Positions 1 to 9,613 of a DNA stretch of 43,590 bases are shown in pieces. The DNA comes from Deltaproteobacteria bacterium (GTDB lineage Bacteria; Myxococcota; JACRCW01). The stretch covers positions 1 through 43,590 of the forward strand of contig JACRCW010000117.1 in the NCBI GenBank assembly GCA_016218805.1, read 5' to 3'. Position 1 is the stretch's first letter. Every line of letters begins with the position of its first letter. The notes under the pieces were generated by a model. The model made no database searches. It saw nothing but the letters and a program-made list of their open reading frames with translations, and had not been told where the DNA came from. A program made the position numbers and the translations under genes.

Positions 1-1
1 G

Positions 2-76
2 CTGGTGCGGGTGATTGACTCGTGCCTGGGCAACCGCCTGACCAACGTCATGCTGACCTCCCCCACCTCCACGTGA
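2..76 (+). CDS. 3' end of an ExbD/TolR-family protein (probably AglQ-like), truncated by the window edge
   Basis: Frame 2 reads LVRVIDSCLGNRLTNVMLTSPTST*, resembling the ExbD C-terminal 'vv.vmD......v.l' motif. It lies directly upstream of an AglS-like gene. Confidence 0.55.
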   Translation: MVRVIDSCLGNRLTNVMLTSPTST

Positions 77-88
77 TCCGGGTGCACC

Positions 89-763
89 ATGTCCATGATT
101 GACCCCACAGTTGCCTACGGGCGCCCGGACCTGCACCAGGGGATCCTGGAGCCCGGACACCGCGTGGGACCGCGGCTCAAGAAGTCCAAGGTGTTTGGCA
201 CCGGCGGCCACAAGTCCAAGAGCGGCTACGCGGACCTGATGCTGACGCCCATGGTGGACATGTTCACGCTGCTGGTGGTGTACCTGATCCAGCAATTCAG
301 CTCCACGGGCGAGATCCTGCACATGAGCAAGGATCTGGTGATGCCCACCGCCAAGCACGGCAAGGACATGGACCTGCTGCCGGTGGTGGCCATTTCCGGG
401 GACAGCATCATCATGGAGGGTGCGGCGGTGGCGGACATCAGTGACCTGGTGTCCGGGTCCAACCGTGATCCCAACTGGCTGATTCCCGGGCTGGAGGAGA
501 AGCTGCGGGACCTGCGGGAGCGTTACCTGGCCATCCGGCAGGGGGCGGCCCCCACGGAGACCAAGGGGTCCGACCCGACGACGTCCGTGAACATCCAGGC
601 GGACAAGGCGCTGCCGTTCCGCATCCTCAAGCGGGTCATGTACACCTGCCAGCAGGCGGGCTACGGCAACATCCACTTTGCGGTGGTGCAGGGTGGGGGT
701 GCGGCGGGCACCAGCGCCGAGGACCTCAACAAGCTCTTGCACGGCGGCGGGGATAGCCAGTAA
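89..763 (+). CDS. aglS: ExbD/TolR-family protein, AglS-like gliding motor subunit
   Basis: TM segment LMLTPMVDMFTLLVVYLIQQFS has the conserved Asp; C-terminus reads NIQADKALPFRILKRVMYTC..AGY..IHFAV. The N-terminal SKVFG..GH..KSGYADL matches my recollection of myxobacterial AglS. Confidence 0.7.
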   Translation: MSMIDPTVAYGRPDLHQGILEPGHRVGPRLKKSKVFGTGGHKSKSGYADLMLTPMVDMFTLLVVYLIQQFSSTGEILHMSKDLVMPTAKHGKDMDLLPVVAISGDSIIMEGAAVADISDLVSGSNRDPNWLIPGLEEKLRDLRERYLAIRQGAAPTETKGSDPTTSVNIQADKALPFRILKRVMYTCQQAGYGNIHFAVVQGGGAAGTSAEDLNKLLHGGGDSQ

Positions 764-901
764 ACGGGGTGGGCCGGTTGCCGTGAGGGAAGCCGGTGGG
801 GTGGAAGGCAGAGCCGCTCGGGGTGACGGGCCTGCCGCAAACGCAACGCAGGACACCCCGATCCGGTTCGTGTTCACGGCGTAGTTCTGCTGGAGGGATC
901 C

Positions 902-1606
902 ATGCACGGTGGCGGTGGCGGTGGTGGTTTCGTGGCCCAGATTGCGGAGTTCATCCGTGAGGGTGGCCCGGCCATGTACATCAACATCCTGTTCCTCGCG
1001 GTCGCCTTGGCGATCATCATCGAGCGGTTCGTCCAGCTCTTCTTCCGCTTCAACGTGAACGCCACGACGTTCATGACGCAGATTGAGAAGCTGATCCTGA
1101 CGAACAACCTGGAGCGCGCGGTGAAGCTGTGCAACAGCGCGCCCAACGCGGCGCTGCCGCGCGTGGTGAAGAGCGGCCTGTCGCGCGCCAACCGCGGCAC
1201 GGTGGCGGTGGCCTCAGCGCTTGAGGAGGCCATCATGGAGATCACGCCGTACCTGACCAAGCGGGTGCAGAGCCTGTGGTCGCTGGCGAACATTGCCACG
1301 CTGACGGGCCTCATTGGCACGGTGTTTGGGCTCATTGGCGCGTTCAAGGCGGTGGCGGTGGCGGCGCCGGACCAGCGGCAGACGGTGCTCACCAAGAGCC
1401 TGGCCGAGGCAATGAACAACACGGCGTTTGGTCTGACCATTGCCGTGGTGTGCATTGTCATGCACCTCATCCTGTCCGGCTTCTCCAAGAAGCTGCTGGA
1501 TGACGTGGAGTTCAACGCGCTCCGCCTGGAGAACCTGCTTGCACGCCGCGCGCAGGGCGAGTTGAACGCGGCCGAGGCGCCGGGCGCACGTCCGGCGGGC
1601 CAGTGA
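902..1606 (+). CDS. MotA/TolQ/ExbB proton channel protein
   Basis: Three TM segments; ANIATLTGLIGTVFGLI..F and AEAMNNTAFGL motifs; GGAGG RBS upstream. Confidence 0.92.
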   Translation: MHGGGGGGGFVAQIAEFIREGGPAMYINILFLAVALAIIIERFVQLFFRFNVNATTFMTQIEKLILTNNLERAVKLCNSAPNAALPRVVKSGLSRANRGTVAVASALEEAIMEITPYLTKRVQSLWSLANIATLTGLIGTVFGLIGAFKAVAVAAPDQRQTVLTKSLAEAMNNTAFGLTIAVVCIVMHLILSGFSKKLLDDVEFNALRLENLLARRAQGELNAAEAPGARPAGQ

Positions 1607-1650
1607 TTCGCTGACGCTGGAAGGGATACCTCTTCTCGTCGGGGACAGGC

Positions 1651-2244
1651 ATGGAGCCGCGCACCACAGGAGAAACACCGCGGGTTGAGTCCGGCCAGGA
1701 GGCGCTGGACGCGGAGAACCTCATCCGCGGCCGGCGCACCCGGAAGGCCCATCCTCCTGAGATGGAGGTGGGCGAGCTCAACATCGTCCCGTACCTGGAC
1801 ATTGTCACCAACCTGGTGATGTTCCTGCTGCAGGCATCCGCCACGGCGGTGGCGTTGGGTGAGATTGCCACCAAGCTGCCAGCGACGGGCGGCGGCCCCA
1901 CAGGGGACACCACGCCGCCGCCGCCGGACCAGAAGCCGCCGCTGCGGCTGACCATTGTGATTGGCGAGAAGGGCTACACGGTGGCCGGCGCGGAGGCGGT
2001 CCTGCAGGGTGCGGGCGGGGGCACAGCGGAGGGTCCCACGCTGGGCAAGGTGAACAACGAGTACGACTTCATTGGCCTCACCAAGCTGCTGGTCAATGTG
2101 AAGAAGGCCTTTCCCAAGGAGACGCAGGCGTTTGTGGTGCCGGAGGACCAGGTCACGTACGGGTCCATTGTCTCCACCATGGATGCCATGCGTGAGAACG
2201 GGCCGGACCTGTTGTTCCCGGACGTGATGTTCGCGGGGTTCTGA
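1651..2244 (+). CDS. ExbD/TolR-family protein
   Basis: GELNIVPYLDIVTNLVMFLL TM segment with Asp; YGSIVSTMDAMR...LFPDV C-terminus. Confidence 0.9.
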   Translation: MEPRTTGETPRVESGQEALDAENLIRGRRTRKAHPPEMEVGELNIVPYLDIVTNLVMFLLQASATAVALGEIATKLPATGGGPTGDTTPPPPDQKPPLRLTIVIGEKGYTVAGAEAVLQGAGGGTAEGPTLGKVNNEYDFIGLTKLLVNVKKAFPKETQAFVVPEDQVTYGSIVSTMDAMRENGPDLLFPDVMFAGF

Positions 2245-2246
2245 CC

Positions 2247-2882
2247 ATGGCCAACCCGACTGACCCCTCCGCCACGCCCTCCACCGCGCCCATGGTTGCG
2301 GCGGATGCGCCCATCACGGCGGAGGACGCCAGCGCGCTGGCCGCAGCCAAGGACCGCAAGAGGCGCCGCAAGCACAAGCGGCACGGTGGTCACGAGGAAC
2401 TCAACATCTATTCGATGTTGGACCTCATGACGATCATCCTGGTGTTCCTCATCAAGCAGTGGCAGTCCGACGTCATCACACTGTCTCCGGACGTCCAGCC
2501 GCCGGGGTCCACCATCACGGACAAGCCGTCCGAGTGCGTGCGCGTGTTCATCCAGAAGGACCGCATGCTGCTGGATGAGAAGGAAGTGGGCCGCATGCAG
2601 GACGGCGACGTGGCGCCGGACAGCGTGGACCCCAACAACCCGTTCCTCATCCCCGGGCTCAAGCGCGCCATGGAGGACAAGGCGGAGCAGTTCCTCAAGA
2701 TTGAGAACGCTGGCGGCGCCAAGTTTGAGGGCAAGTACGCCATTGTGGCGGACCGGAAGATTGCCTGGGCCATGCTCAAGAAGGTCATGTTCACCGCCGG
2801 CCAGGCCGCCGTGGTGGACCAGGATGGGCTGGAGCGCTCGTTTGGCGACGTCCGGCTCATCACCCGCAAGGCGAACGAATAA
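2247..2882 (+). CDS. ExbD/TolR-family protein
   Basis: [22 protein letters not shown] segment with Asp; [22 protein letters not shown] motif. Confidence 0.9.
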   Translation: MANPTDPSATPSTAPMVAADAPITAEDASALAAAKDRKRRRKHKRHGGHEELNIYSMLDLMTIILVFLIKQWQSDVITLSPDVQPPGSTITDKPSECVRVFIQKDRMLLDEKEVGRMQDGDVAPDSVDPNNPFLIPGLKRAMEDKAEQFLKIENAGGAKFEGKYAIVADRKIAWAMLKKVMFTAGQAAVVDQDGLERSFGDVRLITRKANE

Positions 2883-2910
2883 CGCAAGCAGCGGGGCGAA
2901 CCGGCCCTTC

Positions 2911-2987
2911 GGGAGGCCGAGCCTCCTGGCGAGGCGACGCAAATGCGTCATGCGCCCAGCGGCCTTTGGCAGGAGCCTCAGGCTCCC
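2911..2987. repeat. REP doublet (REPIN-like)
   Basis: GGGAGGCCGAGCCTCCTGGCGAGGC (2911-2935) matches 35628-35652 at 23/25 positions. A degenerate inverted partner lies at about 2962-2987, with an internal hairpin GACGCA-AA-TGCGTC. Confidence 0.7.
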
Positions 2988-3141
2988 GGGGTTGTTGTTA
3001 CGCACCCATCAGGCGCGTGGCCGTTTGACGCCCCCGCTCCCGTCCGGTAGGCACCGCATCCCATTTCACGGCCCCCCGGAGGCCCGCCAAGGCCTGGCGG
3101 AAACCACCCCTGGGGATGCCGCCTGTCCAAGGAGCATGACC

Positions 3142-3411
3142 ATGGCCCAACTCAAAGAGAAGAAGGCGTTCATTGTCGAGCAGCACCGCCGTCACGAAAA
3201 GGACACCGGCTCGCCGGAGGTCCAGGTGGCCCTGCTGACCGACCGCATCACCCAGCTCACCGAGCACTTCAAGACGCACAAGAAGGACTTCCATTCGCGC
3301 CGAGGTCTGCTCATGCTGGTTTCCCAGCGCCGCAGCATGCTGGAGTACCTCAAGCGGACGGACTCCAAGCGGTACAAGGACCTCATCAGTCTCCTTGGCA
3401 TCCGCAAGTGA
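3142..3411 (+). CDS. rpsO: 30S ribosomal protein S15
   Basis: 89 aa with [18 protein letters not shown]...HKKD.HSRRGLL; AAGGAG RBS 7 nt before ATG 3142; upstream of pnp. Confidence 0.98.
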   Translation: MAQLKEKKAFIVEQHRRHEKDTGSPEVQVALLTDRITQLTEHFKTHKKDFHSRRGLLMLVSQRRSMLEYLKRTDSKRYKDLISLLGIRK

Positions 3412-3424
3412 TTCCATGAGGAAC

Positions 3425-3464
3425 CCCGGCCGGGCCCCCCAAAAGGTCCGGCCGGGCCGTTTCT
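3425..3464 (+). terminator. Hairpin downstream of rpsO (terminator or processing stem)
   Basis: CCCGGCCGGGCC (3425-3436) pairs with GGTCCGGCCGGG (3445-3456), followed by a weak T-tract. Confidence 0.5.
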
Positions 3465-3623
3465 GGGCAGCCCGGAGGTCCGCCCCAGCCAACGATGAAT
3501 GTGGAAGACGCGGCCCTGGCCCCGCCTTGTCGCCCTCATTCTTCGTTGCCTGGTCCCCCGGTGCCCACCGCCGCCGCGCGCGGATTCCGCGCGGCAGGGC
3601 AGTTACCCACACCGGAGAGAAAC

Positions 3624-5786
3624 ATGGCTGAAGGCATTTCCGTTCAGAAGGATCACAACTCCAAGCAGCACGCTTCCACCTCGCTCCGCCTGGGGAACGC
3701 AGTGTTTGCGTTTGATACCGGGCGCGTGGCCAAGCAGACGGCCGGCAGCGTCTGGGTGCAGTACGGTGACACCGTGGTGCTGGTCACCGCGGTGCAGGCC
3801 AAGCCGCGCGAAGGAATCGACTTCTTCCCGCTGACCGTGGAGTACCAGGAGAAGATGTACGCCGCGGGCAAGATCCCCGGCGGCTTCTTCAAGCGCGAGG
3901 CGCGCCCGCGTGACGCGGAGACGCTCAACGCGCGCATCACGGACCGCTCCATCCGCCCGCTGTTCCCCGAGGGCTTCAAGAACGACACGCAGGTCATCTG
4001 CACCGTCATGTCCCACGACGGCGACCACGACTCCGACATGATGGCGCTCAACGGCGCGTCCTGCGCGCTGCACATCAGTGACATCCCGTGGGCCGACAAG
4101 ACCGGTCCCATTGCCGGGGTGCGCGTGGGCCGCAAGCCGGACGGTTCCTTCATCCTCAACCCCACGCCGGCCGAAAAGGCGGCGTCTGACCTGGACCTGT
4201 TTGTGGCGGCGCACAAGGACGCCATTGTGATGGTGGAGGGCGGCGCGGCCGAGCTGGCGGAGGACATCCTCATTGAAGCGCTGTTGTTTGCGCACCGCTC
4301 CTGCCTGCCCATCATTGCGGCGATGGAGGACCTGCGTAAGAAGATTGGCAAGCCCAAGGTGCCGTACGCCCCGGCGGTCATCCCGGAGGACATCAAGAAG
4401 GCCGTGGCAGACGAGGCCAACACGCTGGGCCTCAAGGACGCGTTCCGCATCAAGGAGAAGCTGGCGCGCTACGCCAAGCGGCACGAGATCCACGCGGCCA
4501 TCAAGGAGAAGCTGAAGGATCGCTTTGTGGACAAGGCCAAGGCGGTGGACGAGGCGTTCCACGAGCTGGAATACACCATGATGCGCGCGCTGGTGCTGGA
4601 TGATTCGCGCCGGCTGGATGGGCGCACGTTCACGGAGATCCGGCCCATTGCGGTGGAGGTGGGCGTGCTGCCGCGCGCGCACGGTTCCGCCATCTTCACC
4701 CGCGGTGAGACGCAGGCGGTGGTGTCCTGCACGCTGGGCACCAAGGACGACGAGCAGAAGATGGACACGCTGCTGGGACAGTCCTGGAAGAAGTTCATGA
4801 TGCACTACAATTTCCCGCCGTATTCGGTGGGCGAGGTGCGCATGCTGCGCGGCTCGTCCCGGCGGGAGATTGGCCACGGCGCGCTGGCCGAGCGCGCGGT
4901 GGAGCGCATTGCGCCCAAGGACAACCCGGAGTTCCCCTACACGGTCCGCGTGGTGTCCGAGATCACCGAGTCCAACGGCAGCTCCTCCATGGCGAGCGTG
5001 TGCGGTGGCACGCTGGCTCTGATGGACGCGGGCGTGCCCATCAAGGCGCCGGCGGCGGGCATTGCCATGGGGCTCATCAAGGAGGGCAACAAGGTGGCCG
5101 TGCTCAGTGACATCCTGGGTGACGAGGACCACCTGGGCGACATGGACTTCAAGGTGTGCGGCACCGAGACGGGCATCACCGCCGTGCAGATGGACATCAA
5201 GATTGACGGCATGTCCCGCGAGTTACTGGAAAAAGCGCTGTACCAGGCGCGTGACGGCCGCAAGCACATCCTCAGCAAGATGACCGAGGTGATTGGCAAG
5301 CCGCGCGCGGACCTCAGCAAGTACGCGCCGCGCATCACGATGATCCGCATCAACCCGGACAAGATCAAGGACGTCATTGGCCCGGGCGGCAAGACCATCC
5401 GGGACATTGTGGAGAAGACCAAGGCAAAGATTGACATCAATGACGACGGGTCCATCTCCATTGCCAGCGTGGACGGGGAAGGCGTCAAGCGCGCCATCCA
5501 GATCATCCAGGACATCACGCAGGAGGCGGAGATTGGGAAGATCTACATGGGCACCGTGCGCAAGGTGGCCGAGTTTGGCGCGTTTGTGCAGATCTTCCCG
5601 GGCACGGATGGCCTGGTGCACATCAGCGAACTGGCCGACAAGCGCGTGGCCAAGGTCACCGACGTGCTGCAGGAGGGCGACGAGGTGGCGGTGAAGGTGC
5701 TGGCCGTGGAGCCCGGCACCGGCAAGATCAAGCTGTCCCGCAAGCAGGCCGTGGGCCACAAGGTGGGTGACGTGGTCAAGGGCTGA
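3624..5786 (+). CDS. pnp: Polyribonucleotide nucleotidyltransferase (PNPase)
   Basis: DFFPLTVEYQEK, GKIPGGFFKRE, RREIGHG, ESNGSSSMASVC and DMDFKV motifs, plus KH and S1 domains; GGAGA RBS before ATG 3624. Confidence 0.98.
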   Translation: MAEGISVQKDHNSKQHASTSLRLGNAVFAFDTGRVAKQTAGSVWVQYGDTVVLVTAVQAKPREGIDFFPLTVEYQEKMYAAGKIPGGFFKREARPRDAETLNARITDRSIRPLFPEGFKNDTQVICTVMSHDGDHDSDMMALNGASCALHISDIPWADKTGPIAGVRVGRKPDGSFILNPTPAEKAASDLDLFVAAHKDAIVMVEGGAAELAEDILIEALLFAHRSCLPIIAAMEDLRKKIGKPKVPYAPAVIPEDIKKAVADEANTLGLKDAFRIKEKLARYAKRHEIHAAIKEKLKDRFVDKAKAVDEAFHELEYTMMRALVLDDSRRLDGRTFTEIRPIAVEVGVLPRAHGSAIFTRGETQAVVSCTLGTKDDEQKMDTLLGQSWKKFMMHYNFPPYSVGEVRMLRGSSRREIGHGALAERAVERIAPKDNPEFPYTVRVVSEITESNGSSSMASVCGGTLALMDAGVPIKAPAAGIAMGLIKEGNKVAVLSDILGDEDHLGDMDFKVCGTETGITAVQMDIKIDGMSRELLEKALYQARDGRKHILSKMTEVIGKPRADLSKYAPRITMIRINPDKIKDVIGPGGKTIRDIVEKTKAKIDINDDGSISIASVDGEGVKRAIQIIQDITQEAEIGKIYMGTVRKVAEFGAFVQIFPGTDGLVHISELADKRVAKVTDVLQEGDEVAVKVLAVEPGTGKIKLSRKQAVGHKVGDVVKG

Positions 5787-5865
5787 GCAGGAAAAGCCCG
5801 GTGGGACCCGCCGCCCCGGTGCCGTGCGCGCTGCACGTGCCGGGGCGGTGGTGTTTGTGGGGGGG

Positions 5866-6708
5866 TCAGCTCCGGTCCGCCAGCGGGAGCGCGGCCAGCT
5901 TGCGCGCCGTGTCCGCCACGCGGTCCTTGAGCGCGGCGTGCACGTCCGCGGTGGCGCAGAACAGGCCGTGCGGGTGCTTGAGCCCCGCGTCGTAGCGCAC
6001 CGGGCCGCCCAGCAGGTCCGTCATGTGGCCGCCCGCTTCGCGCAGGATGGCTTCCGGGCCGCAGGTGTCCCACAGGCACGTGCGCGATGAACCGTTGATG
6101 TACGCGTGCGCCACGCCGGTGGCGATGAGCCCGATCTTCAGCCCCACGCTGCCCGAGGGGAACTCCGTCAGCGGGCCCAGGCCCGCCAGGATGCGCTCCA
6201 GCTTTTCACCGCGGTGGGACCGCGTCACCGCCACCACCAGGTGCTCCGGCTGCCCGCGCGGCACGTGCAGCGGCGTGCGCACGCCGTCCCGCTCCAGGAA
6301 CGCACCCAGCCCCCGCCCCGCCCAGAACAGCACGTCCAGCGCCGGCCGGTACACGGCCCCCACCACGGGGACGCCGTCCAGGCACAGGCCCACCATGCAC
6401 GCAAAATCATCCCCGCCCTTCACAAACTCCTTGGTCCCGTCCAACGGATCCACCATCCACACCCGCGCGCTTTTGCGCCACGCACCGTCGTCCGGCGTCT
6501 CCTCCGTGAGCAGCCCATCCGCTGGGAAACCGCGCGTAAGCTCCGCGCGGATGAACGCGTCGCACTCGCGGTCCGCCGCCGTCACCGGGCCCTCGTCGTC
6601 CGGCTTGTCCACCACGGAGAAGCCCGCCACGCGGTGCCGCAGCGTGATGGCCCCCGCCTCGCGGGCCAGCCGCGCCGCCCACTGCGCTTCGCGTTCGTAC
6701 GGCTCCAT
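5866..6708 (-). CDS. Inositol monophosphatase / CysQ-family 3'(2'),5'-bisphosphate nucleotidase
   Basis: PVTAAD, LLTEE, WMVDPLDGTKEF, SGSVGLK and WDTCGPEAIL motifs. Confidence 0.9.
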   Translation of the reverse strand: MEPYEREAQWAARLAREAGAITLRHRVAGFSVVDKPDDEGPVTAADRECDAFIRAELTRGFPADGLLTEETPDDGAWRKSARVWMVDPLDGTKEFVKGGDDFACMVGLCLDGVPVVGAVYRPALDVLFWAGRGLGAFLERDGVRTPLHVPRGQPEHLVVAVTRSHRGEKLERILAGLGPLTEFPSGSVGLKIGLIATGVAHAYINGSSRTCLWDTCGPEAILREAGGHMTDLLGGPVRYDAGLKHPHGLFCATADVHAALKDRVADTARKLAALPLADRS

Positions 6709-6780
6709 GGACCCTTTCACCCCCCACCCAGCGACTGGCGTCGCCGACCTCCCCCCGTCGTGGCCGACGGGTGGAGGTGT

Positions 6781-7413
6781 TCATGCATGCAGGAATGCTG
6801 AGACTTCGTCCAGGAACTTCTCCTTGCCCTCACCGCTGCGGATGTCTGACTGGCTCACGTCAAACCGCATCACTTCCACGCCATACTTGCTGCGGCATAC
6901 CTGCGGGAAGGTGGCGTAATAGTGGTTCAGCCCCGTCAGGAAATCCCCGGGAATGCCCTGCTCCTCCGGACGCCCGCGGGACTGGATGCGCCCCAACAGC
7001 GTCTCCACGCTGCCCACGTCCAGAAAGACAATCTTGTCCGGCAACACCAGGTCCCGGTTCAGGCGGTGGAAGTACTCAAAGTACAGTTCCAGCTCCTTGT
7101 CCTGCATGTGCCCCAGCCCGTGCAGGTACTTGGCAAAAACCTCCGGGTCCTCGTACAGCGTGCGGTCCTGGATGCAACTCTTGTCCACGTGGCGGATGAT
7201 CTCATGGTGCTCCGCGCGCCGGATGAGGAACTCCAGTTGCAGCGTGAAGCTCCACCGCCGCATGTCCGCGTAATAGTCCTTGAGGAACCGGTTATCGACG
7301 ACGGGCTCGTCAAACAGCTCGTAACCGAACTTCTGCGAGATCATCTTGGCCGCCGTGGTCTTGCCGGTGCCGATGTTGCCCGCCATGGCAATGAACCGCT
7401 TCTTCTCCACCAT
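6781..7413 (-). CDS. Deoxynucleoside kinase
   Basis: FIAMAGNIGTGKTT P-loop, EPVVDNRFL.DYY.D..RWSF.LQ, QDRTLYED and RI..RGR motifs; the true start is ATG 7413. Confidence 0.93.
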   Translation of the reverse strand: MVEKKRFIAMAGNIGTGKTTAAKMISQKFGYELFDEPVVDNRFLKDYYADMRRWSFTLQLEFLIRRAEHHEIIRHVDKSCIQDRTLYEDPEVFAKYLHGLGHMQDKELELYFEYFHRLNRDLVLPDKIVFLDVGSVETLLGRIQSRGRPEEQGIPGDFLTGLNHYYATFPQVCRSKYGVEVMRFDVSQSDIRSGEGKEKFLDEVSAFLHA

Positions 7414-7545
7414 CCGCCGCCTCCGTGCCCGGACGTCCTGAATCACCCGGGGCGCGGGCGCGCGCAAGGGGCGGGGCCAGGGGGTTGACGCGGGTGGGGG
7501 TGCCGGGGCACCCGTGACGACGACGGGCTCACCCGGGAGGGCGCC

Positions 7546-8571
7546 ATGCAGGCAGTGGGGTTCCAGGAACACGGCGACGCGGGCGTCCTGCAGCTGTTGG
7601 ACCTCCCCGACCCCACGCCCGGCGCGGGGCAGGTCGTCGTGGACATCCGGGCCGTGGCGGTGAACCACCTGGACATCTGGGTGCGGCGCGGCTGGCCCGG
7701 CCTCAACCTGCCACGGCCCTTCATCCTGGGGAGCGACATGGCGGGCGTGATCCGCAGCGTTTCCCCGGACGTCACGGCGTGGAAGCCGGGGGATGAGGTG
7801 ATCGTCTCGCCCGGGACGTCCTGTGGCGTGTGCCGCTACTGCCTGTCCGGCGAGGACAGCGTGTGCGCGCGCTACGGGATCCACGGCGAGACGCAGAACG
7901 GCGGCTACACGCAGCAGTTCCGCACGTCCGCCAGCCACCTCCTGGCCAAGCCACTCCGCCTGACCTTCCCCGAAGCGGCGAGCTTCCCGCTCACCTTCCT
8001 CACCGCCTGGCGCATGCTGATGGTGCGCGCGCAGGTCCGCCCCGGCGAGAGCGTGCTGGTGATGGGCGCGTCCGCGGGGGTGTCCGTGGCGGGGATCCAA
8101 CTGTGCAAGCTGGCGGGTGCCACGGTGATTGCCGCCACAGGTGACGACGACAAGGCGCAGCGCGCACGCGCGCTGGGCGCGGACCACGTGGTGGATTCGC
8201 GGGGGGAGCTGAAAAAGCAGGTGGGGGCGCTGGTGGGGCGCGAGGGCGTGGACCTGGTGTTTGAGCACGTGGGCGGGCCGTCCTTCCGCGCGGCGCTGGG
8301 CGTGCTGCGCAAGGGCGGCCGGCTGGTGACCTGCGGCGCCACGTCGGGCTCGCAGGTGGAGATGGACCTCAGGCACATCTTCTTCAAGCAGCAGTCCATC
8401 ATTGGGTCCACCATGGGGTCACGCGCGGACCTGTTGGCGGTGACGCGGTTGTTTGAGCAGGGGCGGTTGCGGCCGGTGGTGGATCAGGTGCTCCCGCTGG
8501 CTGAAGCGGCGCGCGCGCACACGCTGCTGGAGGAGCGCAAGCACTTTGGGAAGGTGGTGCTGGCGCCGTGA
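7546..8571 (+). CDS. Zinc-binding (MDR) dehydrogenase / quinone oxidoreductase
   Basis: NHLDIW, CGVCRYC....C structural Zn site, GASAGV, GRLVTCGAT and HFGKVVL motifs; GGAGG RBS. Confidence 0.92.
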   Translation: MQAVGFQEHGDAGVLQLLDLPDPTPGAGQVVVDIRAVAVNHLDIWVRRGWPGLNLPRPFILGSDMAGVIRSVSPDVTAWKPGDEVIVSPGTSCGVCRYCLSGEDSVCARYGIHGETQNGGYTQQFRTSASHLLAKPLRLTFPEAASFPLTFLTAWRMLMVRAQVRPGESVLVMGASAGVSVAGIQLCKLAGATVIAATGDDDKAQRARALGADHVVDSRGELKKQVGALVGREGVDLVFEHVGGPSFRAALGVLRKGGRLVTCGATSGSQVEMDLRHIFFKQQSIIGSTMGSRADLLAVTRLFEQGRLRPVVDQVLPLAEAARAHTLLEERKHFGKVVLAP

Positions 8572-9485
8572 GCCGACCTCGCCTGGTGGTGGTGGCGGGA
8601 GCCACCGCGTCTGGGAAGAGCGCGCTGGCCCTGGAGCTGGCGGAGCGCGCCCGTGGCGACGTGCTGGTGGTGGACAGCCGGCAGGTCTACCGCGGGATGG
8701 ACATTGGCACGGCCAAGGCCACGGAGGCAGAACGGCAGCGCGTCCCGCACCACGGCATTGACCTGGTGGACCCGGCGGACCGGTTTGATGCGGCCATGTT
8801 CCGCGAACACGCGGTGCGGGGCATTGAGGACACGCACCGGCGCGGCATTCCGCTGGTGGTGGAGGGCGGAACGGGCTTGTGGCTGCGCACGCTGCTGATG
8901 GGGCTGATGGAGGCGCCTTCGCGTGATGACGCGGTCCGCGCGGAGCTGCGCGAGGAGGCGTCCCGGCTGGGCTGGCCCGCGCTGCACGCGCGCCTGGCTG
9001 AGGTGGACCCGGACTACGCCGCCCGCATCCAGCCCAACGATCCGGTGCGCATCACGCGCGCGCTGGAGGTGCACACGCTCACCGGCCGCCCGTTTTCAGA
9101 TTTTGAGCGCGGCCACGCGTTCCGCGAGCGTCCCTACGACGTCAAGGGCGTGTTCCTGGAGATTGGCCTGGCGGAGCACCGCGCGCGCATCACCGCGCGC
9201 GTGGAGGCCATGTGGCGCGGCGGCCTGCTGGAGGAGACGCGGCGCCTGCTCAGCCTCCTGCCGGGTGACCACCCCATCCTGGGCACCATCAACTACGCGC
9301 AGGCCCGCGAACAACTCCGCGGCGTCATGGACGAGCGCGACGCCAAGGCCACCGCGGTCACCCGCACCGCGCAGTTTGCCAAGCGCCAGCGCACCTGGTT
9401 CCGCCGGGAACCCTGGGCCGAGCCCATCACCGCGGATGCACAGGCCGCCTTCCTGCAGGACGCACTGCGCTACCTGGGCCGTTGA
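8568..9485 (+). CDS. miaA: tRNA dimethylallyltransferase
   Basis: GATASGKS, DSRQVYRGMDIGTAK, GGTGLW, RALEV and AKRQRTWFR motifs. Confidence 0.97.
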   Translation: MSRPRLVVVAGATASGKSALALELAERARGDVLVVDSRQVYRGMDIGTAKATEAERQRVPHHGIDLVDPADRFDAAMFREHAVRGIEDTHRRGIPLVVEGGTGLWLRTLLMGLMEAPSRDDAVRAELREEASRLGWPALHARLAEVDPDYAARIQPNDPVRITRALEVHTLTGRPFSDFERGHAFRERPYDVKGVFLEIGLAEHRARITARVEAMWRGGLLEETRRLLSLLPGDHPILGTINYAQAREQLRGVMDERDAKATAVTRTAQFAKRQRTWFRREPWAEPITADAQAAFLQDALRYLGR

Positions 9486-9613
9486 CGCGCTGCGTCGTCG
9501 TCGAGAAAGTTCCGCCGCGGGCGTTTGAAATGTGCCGCTGAAAAGCGGAGGGTCCGCCTTTGTACCTACGGAAAACCGGACCCCGGTTTTCCGCCCCTTT
9601 CCGGAGAGAACCC

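Noticed and set aside
765..860. c-di-GMP riboswitch upstream of the second motor
   Set aside because: It lacks the GGCAAACC...GGGACGCAAAGC core of GEMM-I and is kept only as a weak structure candidate.
2575..3623. Long N-terminal extensions of rpsO and pnp in the ORF track
   Set aside because: Conserved protein lengths and RBS positions support starts at 3142 and 3624.
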